The notes: generated from the letters alone by a model not told the origin. Positions 1 through 8,765 are shown, counted from the first letter of the stretch. The stretch is DNA of 64,000 nt from Bacilli bacterium (GCA_900758495.1 CAAERO010000019.1:14252-78251), one strand, 5' to 3'. Program-made: numbers and translations.

Positions 1-1492
1 CAATTATATCGTAATAGTTTTCAAAGCCCTAAAAACGCTTATAAACAAATGTAGAACCTAAAGAATTAGTACCTGACTAATCGTGATCATAAGGGTCTAC
101 TCCAAGTATATATAAACCAATAGGAGCATCTTTTACAGGATGTTCCCATATTACTATAGAACCAGTAGGATCATCGTCTTTACCTAGTGGGTATTTAGTA
201 ATATCACCTTGTTTCTTTACTATCCACTTTAAGGATCCATCAGATTCCCACACTAAATCCCCTATTTGTTTATGGTTGGTTAACTTCTTATTAGTGCGTA
301 TTCTTGCTAATTGTTCTTGTAGTTCTTTCTTAGGAAATATGTTACCATTGAATTCCAAACACGCTTCAGCAGGAGTAATAGGACGTTCCGCAATATATCT
401 ATCTACGGCTACAGAATTAGTAGAATTCTCAATAACTATCTTTCTTTCAGACAGTATATACTCCCTTGCTTTATAGGTCAGAGTATTACCATCATTATCC
501 ATATACAGACGATTACCTTTATCGTCACGTATATCCATGTTGGCATACTAAGGTATAAAGAATCCGCATTTAGTGTTGTCTACTGCTTCATCCCAGATGT
601 TATTAAGTTCGAGGCAATTAAATCCTTTTGGCTTATAAAACATCTCTTTAAGTGTAGCAAAGTTAGAATCCGTATCACCACCTGTACCATATGCAATCAT
701 AGTACCAAATGCTATACCGTCTGTCTCTACAGAAGGTCTAGCAATTTGCCATGCCGCACTTAATTCTTTAAAAGAACCGGCCTCTTCAAACATAATAAGA
801 TTAGCAATCTTACCACGTACTACATCTGGATTATCTTTCAAAGTAACTCCAATGATTTCAGACTTATAACCTACTTCAATCTTATTACCGTATTCATCAG
901 TAACCCACATACCTGCTCTACGTCTAAGCTGAGTACTAACAGATCTCTTTTTACTCCATGCAGTATGTTCGTCAATAAAGTCCATGTAACCCCAAGCTTT
1001 AGTAAGAGTACCATCATCTGTCAAATACTATTTATTAGATGCATATACATATGACTTAGAATCAGGTATTAAATAGTAATTACGACATAGCATAGCAGCA
1101 CATTTGTATGAGTAACCCTTACGTCTGGATTTCAATACACACAAATGTTTACCCTCTTCTTTGCATTGTTCTACACATTGGAAGTAGTAATAGTCATAAT
1201 CCCAGAAATCAGGGAATGTAACAATGTGTTCTGATTTATTCTTACCATCCACTATACGATTAACCTAACGATAAATAGGACAGTAATTTAAATAAAAATA
1301 GTTATAGCCACTAATGAAATCTCCATCATCAGCAGTATAACCATTAATACATTTCTGCTACTCTTCCTACCAGAAACGCATATATTCAGCCGTACCTTTA
1401 GGGTACGGACAATATGAGCCAGTTGCTATAAACTATAGTGCTGGCTTTCTAAATTTATTACTATTTAATATCCTTTTGTTAAAATCGACCAT
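1..1492 (-). CDS. terL: Terminase large subunit (TerL); C-terminal part runs off the left edge; needs TAG read as sense
   Basis: Track fragments 77..538, 548..1024 and 1028..1252 share one frame and are separated only by TAG (cta on + strand at 77, 548, 1028). The frame stays open up to ATG at 1492 across 4 more TAGs (PAL*FIA, FW*EE*QKC, IYR*VN) and down to base 2 across a TAG at 29-31. Terminase-like motifs: LKSRRKGYSY, LIMFEEAGSF, GVDPYDHD. Confidence 0.85.
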
Positions 1493-1500
1493 GTTTAACT

Positions 1501-1535
1501 ATAATAAAAGGGGCACGTTTCACAACGGACCCCTT
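1501..1535 (-). terminator. Possible intrinsic terminator between the suppressor tRNA and terL
   Basis: GGGG (1510-1513) pairs with CCCC (1530-1533), with flanking A/T pairs. On the minus strand the hairpin is followed by UUUUAUUAU. Confidence 0.4.
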
Positions 1536-1733
1536 CTCTTCAAACCTTAAAACATTTTTATGAAAAAATTTAAAATTAGTGCAAAAAGCACTAGAATAGC
1601 TCTCTAGGTTATACCAGACCCTAGGAACTGGCCGACTTACGATTCGGACCTTCATTAGCTGTGTTTACTGTTAATTACTCAGTAAGTGACTTAGGTAGTT
1701 ACGTTGTATGCGCGCCATACTTCAGTTAGTTAT

Positions 1734-1808
1734 TGGTAGCCCCACTAGGATTCGAACCCAGACTAAGAGGGTTAGAGCCTCCTGTGCTAGCCATTACACC
1801 ATAGGGCA
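1734..1808 (-). tRNA. Amber suppressor tRNA, anticodon CUA (reads UAG); probably Gln-type
   Basis: The reverse complement folds as a cloverleaf: acceptor (U)GCCCUA / UGGGGC(U), U8 G9, D arm GUGU-AAUGGCUA-GCAC, anticodon arm GGAGG-CUCUAAC-CCUCU, variable UAGU, T arm CUGGG-UUCGAAU-CCUAG, A73, encoded CCA (tgg 1734-1736). The anticodon is the complement of + strand tag at 1773-1775. Confidence 0.85.
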
Positions 1809-1869
1809 GTAAGACGTGGCTTCTTTTTAGACGCTCCACGTAACGTCGCTGATTGAATATGTTTTAACC

Positions 1870-2028
1870 TTATTTCTTAAACCAACCTTTGATACGTTTG
1901 GTAATTCTCTTATACCAAGGCTTAATTACCTGGCGTGCAGCTTCACATTCTGCAATTGCTTCTTCTACTGTCTTATTATCATCTGTCAGATCTACTATTA
2001 TGTCTGGCAGTTCATTAGTCTTTTTCAT
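1870..2028 (-). CDS. Small hypothetical protein (52 aa, below the track cut-off)
   Basis: ATG at 2028 to TAA at 1870-1872: MKKTNELPDIIVDLTDDNKTVEEAIAECEAARQVIKPWYKRITKRIKGWFKK. Fills the gap between neighbouring co-oriented genes. Confidence 0.45.
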   Translation of the reverse strand: MKKTNELPDIIVDLTDDNKTVEEAIAECEAARQVIKPWYKRITKRIKGWFKK

Positions 2029-2085
2029 AATCTCTTAAATTTGTTTATCTAAACGATAGTGTTATTTTTTTGTATCTCTGCAGTG

Positions 2086-2625
2086 TTATTTTCTAACACC
2101 AGTTGGTAATTCGAAAGGATTAATCTTAGCATCACCTTTAACCCTAGTAGTATCCATTTCTCCAGCTTTAACTGCTTTTTCCAAGAAGTCTAAAGTAACA
2201 TATGTATCTTTTACTTTAGCAAATCCTGCTAAGTATTTTTCTATCTTCTTTTCATCTAGTTCCTCTTCAAGACTATCGTGATAGTATTGAGTAAAAGTAT
2301 CTAGTTTGAGTCTAATACTATTTAACATTGCAAGAGTACGAGTATATTGTAATCTCTTAAATGTATCTTCAGCTATTAGTTCATCTGGAGTAAGTTGATA
2401 ACCTTCTGGGAAAAATTCTTTCTTTAATGCTTCTTCTAAGATATCCTCGGTCATACTAAGTACATATGGGCTATCCCATTTATTCTTAAAGACTATATAA
2501 CTGATAACTGCTATAGCATGTTGTTTATCAGCCTTGTCTTTTTCCCATATTTTCTTAAATGCTGGAATAGCTAATGCATCTTCGTGTATTGTTACATTAC
2601 CACCTAGAATATCAAATAATTTCAT
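2086..2625 (-). CDS. Hypothetical protein (179 aa)
   Basis: Intact standard-code ORF ending in TAA, co-oriented and tightly packed with its neighbours. No family recognised by eye. Confidence 0.7.
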   Translation of the reverse strand: MKLFDILGGNVTIHEDALAIPAFKKIWEKDKADKQHAIAVISYIVFKNKWDSPYVLSMTEDILEEALKKEFFPEGYQLTPDELIAEDTFKRLQYTRTLAMLNSIRLKLDTFTQYYHDSLEEELDEKKIEKYLAGFAKVKDTYVTLDFLEKAVKAGEMDTTRVKGDAKINPFELPTGVRK

Positions 2626-2637
2626 TAATAGTCTCTT

Positions 2638-3015
2638 TTATACTCTTTTTAAATTAGAACAAGGTTCTTTACATTCACAAGGTTCATCTTTTCCTGATTG
2701 CTCTTCTTTATATGCTGCTACTTGTTCTTTAATCTCAAGTATTACGGCTAATAATTCAGGTGAATCAAATACAATAGGACGTTTGATATATTCACCTTCC
2801 CAATTACGAATTAAACCAATAATTTGCCCTTTCTTATAGGGGATATATCCTCCTACGCCATTATTAGTTATCTCATCAATGATAATTCTACCATCGTCCT
2901 CAGCGATTTTAATATCACTAAGTTCATAACATGATCGTTCACTTTTATACTTAAGATCTTCAAACGAATCTCCTATTAATGTAAAGTCTAAGTTTTTTCC
3001 AATTATAGTTTCCAT
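2638..3015 (-). CDS. Hypothetical protein (125 aa)
   Basis: Intact ORF, 12 nt from the downstream gene start, same strand. Confidence 0.7.
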   Translation of the reverse strand: METIIGKNLDFTLIGDSFEDLKYKSERSCYELSDIKIAEDDGRIIIDEITNNGVGGYIPYKKGQIIGLIRNWEGEYIKRPIVFDSPELLAVILEIKEQVAAYKEEQSGKDEPCECKEPCSNLKRV

Positions 3016-3092
3016 ATTAATCTATTCTATAACTTGTATAATATTCTTTTTGTAATCGTGCTAGAATTACTCTAGCTTGTTTCTCAGAGCAA

Positions 3093-3911
3093 TTAGGATT
3101 TACATATTCTGGATCCATTTGATACTTCTCTATCATTCTTTGATAAATCTCCATTTCCTGTTCCAGACTTTCCTTTGTTATATTCATCTTCATATCTCCT
3201 TATCAGATTATTAACTAATATATTTAGCGTATGAAAATCTGTACTACCTGTAAAATGTACACAAGGTATTACATCTTTATCGATATTAATTCCAAATATA
3301 TCTTTCTGTATATCTCCTAATGAGCTAATGTCATAATATACATCGTGATTTCCGTCATTATTTCTGCATATATACTCAGCTTTGATATTATAGCGGTTGT
3401 AAGTTCTATTGCTTAACTCATGCCCTAGATTATCAAGCTTTTCTCTTATCTCAGATTCTTCCTTTTTTTGACACTCCTCAATATTTTCTCTATTTTTATG
3501 TTCCTTTTCAGAAATCATACTATCTATATCGAGTATATCTAATAAGCTATTGCAATCATCAATCTTCTTAGATATGCGGTTATTGAGTTTGTCAATTAAG
3601 GATTCCTGAGTTTCTCCGTGCTTACTGCAGTAGAGCATTGCTATGGCATTCCAAGCTACTTGTGCAAGATGTCTACAACCGGTTTCGTTGTCCATCTCTT
3701 CTCCCTTTTCGAATAACACAAGATGTCTGAATAATGCGGCTTTATATCTAGAGTAACCATCTTTAAGTAACTGCCAAGTATTGACTCCGTACTTCTTTGA
3801 TCCTTCAGTATATACTTTAACGATATCTTCTAATTCTTCTAGAGGCAATAAATCCCATCTGAGTTTATTATCTTTAAAGTCATTCTTTATCCCCTGTTTC
3901 ATATTTATCAA
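3093..3911 (-). CDS. Protein with an N-terminal DUF5664-like (dATP/dGTP diphosphohydrolase N-terminal type) domain; C-terminal half unassigned
   Basis: RWDLLPLEELEDIVKVYTEGSKKYGVNTW ... FRHLVLFEKGEEMDNETGCRHLAQVAWNAIAML matches my recollection of this phage domain. The family assignment was not verified. Confidence 0.5.
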   Translation of the reverse strand: MINMKQGIKNDFKDNKLRWDLLPLEELEDIVKVYTEGSKKYGVNTWQLLKDGYSRYKAALFRHLVLFEKGEEMDNETGCRHLAQVAWNAIAMLYCSKHGETQESLIDKLNNRISKKIDDCNSLLDILDIDSMISEKEHKNRENIEECQKKEESEIREKLDNLGHELSNRTYNRYNIKAEYICRNNDGNHDVYYDISSLGDIQKDIFGINIDKDVIPCVHFTGSTDFHTLNILVNNLIRRYEDEYNKGKSGTGNGDLSKNDREVSNGSRICKS

Positions 3912-4155
3912 TCAACTTTTGACAGATATCGTTAACTACTTTTTCTCTCTTCTCTAATGAAGAATCATCTTCGTCAGATACTTCTTCCAATCCCTTCATC
4001 ATATCTTCTATAAAGTCAAAGTATGATATCTTATCAGCTTCAACTGCCTTTTCTACAGAATTTAGTAACTTCTGTATGATTTCGGGGGCTTCCTTAGAGT
4101 TTTCTCTCTCTAGCTTAAGTAAGTGTAGAGAGGTTTCTTTATCTATTTTATTCAT
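3880..4155 (-). CDS. Hypothetical acidic protein (91 aa)
   Basis: Intact ORF overlapping both neighbours by a few codons, as expected in an operon. Confidence 0.6.
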   Translation of the reverse strand: MNKIDKETSLHLLKLERENSKEAPEIIQKLLNSVEKAVEADKISYFDFIEDMMKGLEEVSDEDDSSLEKREKVVNDICQKLIDKYETGDKE

Positions 4156-4573
4156 TATCTCTTATATAGTCTATCATGTATTGACCTATCTTACCGGCTA
4201 CCCATCCTACTAAATATGCGTAAGGTTCGTTTCTTTCATCAAAAGATTCTGCACGAGCTCCAATTAATTGCCATATTGCATCAGTAATATGTGTTGACTC
4301 ATGTGCAATTGTATTGAATAGAAACTCACTTATAGCTCCATTGCTATCTTCATCTAGGAAAGTTATAACTCCTTTATAACCACTTTTTCTTTCCTTTACT
4401 AAGAAGGTAGTTGCTGCTGAACCCATTGGATCTGCTGGTATGCCATCATCATCAATCAACATATCTTGTACAGTTCCATAGAACTTGAATCTCTTCTTAC
4501 TATTGTAAAAGTCAGATATTGTACCGATATACAATGACATGGGATAAAGGTCTAAATCATACTTTCTAATCAT
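4148..4573 (-). CDS. Putative zinc metallopeptidase-like protein (HExxH)
   Basis: Intact 141-aa ORF containing NTIAHESTHITDAIW, an HExxH motif in a helical context. Confidence 0.5.
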   Translation of the reverse strand: MIRKYDLDLYPMSLYIGTISDFYNSKKRFKFYGTVQDMLIDDDGIPADPMGSAATTFLVKERKSGYKGVITFLDEDSNGAISEFLFNTIAHESTHITDAIWQLIGARAESFDERNEPYAYLVGWVAGKIGQYMIDYIRDNE

Positions 4574-4826
4574 CTTTTATTGCTTTATATATGTTCGCTA
4601 CCGCTTTATTACTAAGTAAATACAGATATAAGTAAACATCATCTGTCATTTTATAAGTAACGCTAGGAGTTATGATTTCATTAGAGACATCATTTAACTA
4701 TACTTCACAAGTATCTTTATTACCAGTAGGATATGATAGTTTAAAGTATACCATATACTCAATTAATTCTGTAACTATGTCAATCTCTGGTATCTTTGTC
4801 AGTCTAATTATCTTTCTATCTCTCAT
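4557..4826 (-). CDS. Possible small ORF that needs TAG read-through (about 89 codons)
   Basis: ATG at 4826, in-frame TAG at 4698-4700 and 4566-4568, TGA at 4557-4559. It would fill an otherwise empty 400-nt gap. Without read-through it encodes only 42 aa. Confidence 0.3.
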
Positions 4827-4972
4827 GATTCTTCTTTATCTTTATCTTACCTAAGTAAGTAAACATTAAGGGTTTTTCATCTCTCTAGCTTATTTTCCTG
4901 TTAGCAAACAGGAATGGGTGAGTACATATTGTTTTTATTACCTAAGTAGGTAGGTTATACTTCTTACTTAAC

Positions 4973-5401
4973 TCAATAAATATATTCACTCCAGTTTTGT
5001 TCATCAGCTAAATCCTTAATAGTGTAATACTTATTATCAAGGAAAGCATCCAAATCCTTAGTATTCTCAAAGGTATCAGGTCTAACACAATTAATAGCTG
5101 TAAATAGATCTGCTACTGTAGCTTTATTAGAAGACAACCAATCACCTTCTTCCTTACTAGAATCAACAATAGTATTCAATCTCTTAAGTTCCTTTTTACT
5201 ATAAGCCTTCTTAGGTTCTGCTACTACTGCATCTTTACGCTCACCTTGAATACTAACTAGATCACAATCATCTGTAAATATAATAAACTTATTATACTTA
5301 AGATTCTTCTTTCTAATCTTGTACCAGAGTTTTACTATCCAATTATAATCTCTTTGTAATAGGATAGAACCTGGTTTAATTGACATATATTCCATATTCA
5401 T
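4973..5401 (-). CDS. Hypothetical protein (142 aa)
   Basis: Intact ORF whose start abuts the stop of 5403..5672. Confidence 0.7.
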   Translation of the reverse strand: MNMEYMSIKPGSILLQRDYNWIVKLWYKIRKKNLKYNKFIIFTDDCDLVSIQGERKDAVVAEPKKAYSKKELKRLNTIVDSSKEEGDWLSSNKATVADLFTAINCVRPDTFENTKDLDAFLDNKYYTIKDLADEQNWSEYIY

Positions 5402-5402
5402 A

Positions 5403-5672
5403 TTATTCTCTGTCTAGTCGTAATACGATAGTAATTTGTACTCTATCTCCAATCACTTCAGGTATCAAAGCAGGATTAACCATCCATTCATCATCTGCTT
5501 TACCCTTAACAATCAGACCTTTATCTCTTAATCTTCCTATATATCTACTTAGATTATCACCTGTAATGCCTGTTGCGGCTTTTAGATAACGTCTGTTTTC
5601 TGTACTTATAACATTCTTACTGTAACCAGGGAGCTTTGGAGTATTAATATCTAATTCAATGAGTAATACCAT
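5403..5672 (-). CDS. Winged-helix/HTH DNA-binding protein (putative transcription regulator)
   Basis: NRRYLKAATGITGDNLSRYIGRLRDKGLIVKGKADDEWMVNP looks like a MarR/wHTH recognition helix plus wing. Confidence 0.55.
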   Translation of the reverse strand: MVLLIELDINTPKLPGYSKNVISTENRRYLKAATGITGDNLSRYIGRLRDKGLIVKGKADDEWMVNPALIPEVIGDRVQITIVLRLDRE

Positions 5673-5797
5673 TATATCCTGCTCCCTGTCAGTAAGCTAA
5701 AGTACGCCATCAAGCGATCTGAGGAATTCTCGATAAAGATCCGTTTTCTTAACTGTTTTAACTAATTTGTTCATTTATTCGGATCCCTATTACGAGT

Positions 5798-6214
5798 TTA
5801 TTCATTAATAATATCTTTAATCTTGTTTAATACTTTAGTAAGGTTATAATAAACTGTATCAGCTTCTACTTTAACACAAGTAGGTACTTCTTGATTATTA
5901 TAAGCCTCTTCGAGTTTCTTGTGATCTGTTTCGTACTGTTCTAAGAGACTATCAATCGTATTGGCAATCGTATCAAGCTTGTCTGACATCTCTTCCAACA
6001 AAGTATCGTCACAGCTACATTCGTCCTCATCATCGAGTACAATGAGATAGCCCTCATCAACATATTCATCACAAGTATCTTTATCCATAAACAAAGCACG
6101 TTCACTCGTTTCGTCTTTAAAATAGAACTCAAACATTTCTGTTTCATCATTCCAAGTAAGGATATTACCTTTCTTACCACAAGCAAACTCTTTTACTACT
6201 TTATACTGTACCAT
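5798..6214 (-). CDS. Hypothetical acidic protein (138 aa)
   Basis: Intact ORF. The overlapping same-strand track ORF 5941..6186 is in another frame and is rejected. Confidence 0.65.
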   Translation of the reverse strand: MVQYKVVKEFACGKKGNILTWNDETEMFEFYFKDETSERALFMDKDTCDEYVDEGYLIVLDDEDECSCDDTLLEEMSDKLDTIANTIDSLLEQYETDHKKLEEAYNNQEVPTCVKVEADTVYYNLTKVLNKIKDIINE

Positions 6215-6323
6215 AATAATTATTATTTTTAATTGTCTTAATAGTTGTTACAATTACATAAACGTGAAGTGTTAAAAAGGTAACTATATTTTAACATTTG
6301 TTAACTATTTAACTTAATGCAAT

Positions 6324-6351
6324 AAAAAAGGCTAGATCCGCAGACCTAGCC
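6324..6351 (-). terminator. Intrinsic terminator after the GroES-like gene
   Basis: GGCTAG (6330-6335) pairs with CTAGCC (6346-6351). An A6 run at 6324-6329 on the + strand gives a U-run after the hairpin on the minus strand. Confidence 0.65.
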
Positions 6352-6380
6352 CCACAACAACTATTAATACGCATTAATAC

Positions 6381-6746
6381 TTATTTCTTAACTTTCTTTG
6401 CAACACAATCATAAGATTTTACCAGCATACTATCTTTGAATAAATCAAAGTCTTTAGCAAATTTCTTATTAAATACAATAGTATCTCCTACTTCAAATTT
6501 GAGGAGAGTAGAGTCTAGATTAGACCCAATTGCAAGTACGATACCGGTTCTCCACTCTGATTCAACTTCTTTTACTTCAGTCTTAGTATCAAACTTCTCA
6601 TAACCGTCTACGTCTTTTTCACCTGTACCAACTGCTTCAGTAACTTCTTTCTTTAACATAATAGGCGCAAGAGGTTTAACTAAGATATCCTGCAGAGGAG
6701 TATATTCTAAACCGTTAACTACTGTTTCAAGTACTTTATCTTCCAT
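6381..6746 (-). CDS. GroES-like co-chaperonin (Hsp10 family-like)
   Basis: ILVKPLAP ... TGIVLAIGSN ... FEVGDTIVFNK ... SMLVKSYDCVA follows the GroES pattern (IxVKP, GIVL, VGDxVxF), with an expanded loop. Confidence 0.5.
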   Translation of the reverse strand: MEDKVLETVVNGLEYTPLQDILVKPLAPIMLKKEVTEAVGTGEKDVDGYEKFDTKTEVKEVESEWRTGIVLAIGSNLDSTLLKFEVGDTIVFNKKFAKDFDLFKDSMLVKSYDCVAKKVKK

Positions 6747-6767
6747 ATATTTTATAACGTATAATTT

Positions 6768-6941
6768 TTATCTTTGTTCTATTAATTTCAGTATGTTTCC
6801 ACCCCAAATACAATTCCTTAAAGCCTTTGGGACACAATGTCTGGTATAGAAATAACAGCCGTCACAGCTACCATTGTCTGTCTTAACTACTTCAAATTTC
6901 TTACCTAGAATCTCTACTACTTTATTTTCTTTTGTTGGCAT
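6768..6941 (-). CDS. Small Cys-rich protein (57 aa), paralog of 7026..7226
   Basis: ATG at 6941 to TAA at 6768-6770: ...SCDGCYFYTRHCVPKALRNCIWGGNILKLIEQR. Same C-x2-C ... C ... C ... G-x-IL-K/R-x-IE pattern as the neighbouring ORF. Confidence 0.5.
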   Translation of the reverse strand: MPTKENKVVEILGKKFEVVKTDNGSCDGCYFYTRHCVPKALRNCIWGGNILKLIEQR

Positions 6942-7025
6942 ACTTCTTAAAGTTTAGTATAACCTGATATATTGCATGTACTATACCACCACCAATTATC
7001 AAGCCTATCCAGAATTCTTCTTTCA

Positions 7026-7226
7026 TTATAACTCTATCTTTCTAAGTATATAACCCTGTCTACACAATTGTACAATTCTATCTGGACAGCTATTATTATA
7101 TAAAGCACAACCTTTACAATACTTCTGAGAAGTATCTGTTTGTACTAATTGATAAGTGTTTCTATTATGATTTATGTACATACCTGAGTATGCCTCTATT
7201 TTATTAACTACTTTTCTTTTTCCCAT
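7026..7226 (-). CDS. Small Cys-rich protein (66 aa)
   Basis: ...YCKGCALYNNSCPDRIVQLCRQGYILRKIEL; intact ORF. Confidence 0.6.
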   Translation of the reverse strand: MGKRKVVNKIEAYSGMYINHNRNTYQLVQTDTSQKYCKGCALYNNSCPDRIVQLCRQGYILRKIEL

Positions 7227-7425
7227 AATACGTATTATATATACTTTAACTAAGTAAAGACATTATCTAAAGTAAGGACTATTAATACTGTCTAATCTGT
7301 CTTAGACTGTCTTTAACTGTATAGACAGTAACGTATAAAACACTACTTAGGTTCCCTTTTATATTAACTTTTTAACATTTATTAAGAACAATTATGGCTA
7401 TTTAACACACAAAATTTAACATTTT

Positions 7426-7887
7426 TTAAGATAATAATTTCTTTACCTTCTCCTTACTCTGATAACAGGTTATAAAATGCAGATGCCGGTATTCCCCTTT
7501 TGCTTTAATCTTTATTATATTTATCAATCTCTTACTAGGATCTACTGCGATAGATTGGTCAACTAACTGTGCCTTAGCTATTCGTTTGGCGAATATCCTA
7601 ATTCTACCTATATCATCTCTTTTACATCTTCTGAGATATCTTTCATTAAACCTATTTACATAGTGTTCACAACAGTGAAATATTACTATTTCATCTGTAC
7701 TCATATCATGATACCAGCCGGAAATCTCTTTACTGAAATTAGTAAAGTATACCTTATAAATCAGTTCACGGCCGGCTCTTATATTGACAACAATTATCTT
7801 AGTGTTATCAACAGTAACCTCTACATAGGGGAGCGAATCTATACTATCCCCTATCTTCTGTATATAATAATGTGGATCGTATTTCAT
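7426..7887 (-). CDS. Hypothetical protein (153 aa); first gene of the leftward block
   Basis: Intact ORF. A divergent intergenic region lies upstream. Confidence 0.7.
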   Translation of the reverse strand: MKYDPHYYIQKIGDSIDSLPYVEVTVDNTKIIVVNIRAGRELIYKVYFTNFSKEISGWYHDMSTDEIVIFHCCEHYVNRFNERYLRRCKRDDIGRIRIFAKRIAKAQLVDQSIAVDPSKRLINIIKIKAKGEYRHLHFITCYQSKEKVKKLLS

Positions 7888-7902
7888 ATATACATGAACG
7901 CA

Positions 7903-7935
7903 AAATGTTAAAATTTGTAATATAATTTAACATTT
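7903..7935. promoter_or_regulatory. Inverted pair of the recurring TTTAACATTT motif in the divergent intergenic region
   Basis: AAATGTTAAA (7903-7912) and TTTAACATTT (7926-7935) are reverse complements. Related copies: TTTTAACATTTGTTAAC at 6289-6305, TTTTAACATTTATTAAG at 7370-7386, ATTTAACATTTTTTAAG at 7414-7430. Confidence 0.4.
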
Positions 7936-7964
7936 ATTAAAAATTTTTTATAAAATAAAATTTT

Positions 7965-8066
7965 GGGAGAAAGGATGCGAGAGGTGACCAGCAAAGATTC
8001 ACTCCCCCGTATTATGTATCGGCAGGGAACACCCTATGGCTGTTTTGCTCTATGGCGTTCCCTTTT
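7965..8066 (+). ncRNA. Candidate small structured RNA or leader ending in a terminator-like hairpin
   Basis: GGGAG (7965-7969) pairs with CTCCC (8002-8006). GGGAAC (8025-8030) pairs with GTTCCC (8057-8062) and is followed by TTTT. The segment is locally GC-rich in an AT-rich intergenic region. Confidence 0.3.
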
Positions 8067-8765
8067 CTATGTTCACATTTTTTAACTTTTTAAACTTTTT
8101 TGCTTATGTTGTGTATTGTTAAACAATTTGAAAAGAGAGAAGACGAAAATCGTGAGTTACCGTATTATGTTATACGTGCTACTGGTACAGTAGGAGACGT
8201 AAACGCTACAAGTGCATTTAACGATGACGGGACTATTAATGTTATGGCTATGCAAAGTAGGGTTTACAATTTCACTAAAACCATGTTCCCAGCCACACGG
8301 GAACTATGTGATAGCCTTGAGAGCGGTATGCCTGTTGATGATGATAATAATGTAATAGAGGAACGCAAAATTAACCTTATGTTATATCAGTGGGATACGG
8401 GTAAAAAGTTTCATATCCTTAACAGGGATGGCGAATATTATTCGGATGAAAAAGAAGTCGAAAAAACAAGCGACGGTACGGCAAGGGTTAACGGTAAAGT
8501 GATACCAAAAGGACAAAAGTATAAAACAACTGAGTTAGTCCCCCGTGTGTATTCTAATATTAGTCTTGTACTGTTCTGTGATGCCGAAGAAAACAGTGTC
8601 GAAGGTAAACCGGAAGAACTTGCCGAACGTAACTTCAAAAGAGGCCTTGAAAACGGTACGTATGTTTTAGTAGATTAAAATATATGGCTTTTTCTCTCAA
8701 TGTGTGAAGCGTAGGGCTTAATAAGCCTTGCGCATTCTGCATATCACAATTGAATGTGAACATAG
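8067..8765. repeat. 13-bp perfect inverted repeat bracketing ORF 8106..8678
   Basis: CTATGTTCACATT at 8067-8079 and its exact reverse complement AATGTGAACATAG at 8753-8765. Confidence 0.8.
8106..8678 (+). CDS. Hypothetical protein (about 190 aa), visibly GC-richer than its surroundings
   Basis: Intact ORF. The first ATG is at 8106; the track starts at TTG 8100. Ends in TAA. Confidence 0.7.
   Translation: MLCIVKQFEKREDENRELPYYVIRATGTVGDVNATSAFNDDGTINVMAMQSRVYNFTKTMFPATRELCDSLESGMPVDDDNNVIEERKINLMLYQWDTGKKFHILNRDGEYYSDEKEVEKTSDGTARVNGKVIPKGQKYKTTELVPRVYSNISLVLFCDAEENSVEGKPEELAERNFKRGLENGTYVLVD

Noticed and set aside
276-476. Plus-strand ORF 276..476. Similar antisense or alternative-frame track ORFs were also considered: 2534..2839, 4672..4854, 5380..5589, 5941..6186, 7663..7911, 8438..8638, 9201..9422, 12004..12234, 15562..15768, 17522..17782, 19131..19415, 19687..19917, 23608..24031, 25373..25555, 26028..26479, 28040..28412, 29095..29286, 29806..30000, 32755..32967, 35585..35857, 36970..37248, 37470..37709, 38929..39120, 42430..42696, 47045..47227, 48270..48753, 50587..50940, 52108..52547, 55137..55349, 60995..61204, 61712..61909
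   Set aside because: Each lies inside, or antisense to, a longer and better supported gene. None has a conserved-looking sequence or an independent start context.
1541-1733. A second tRNA or ncRNA between the terminator-like hairpin and tRNA(CUA)
   Set aside because: Local hairpins exist (AGTGC-AAAAA-GCACT at about 1580-1594 and TTACTG/CAGTAA at about 1662-1685), but I could build no cloverleaf or recognisable motif. Left unexplained.
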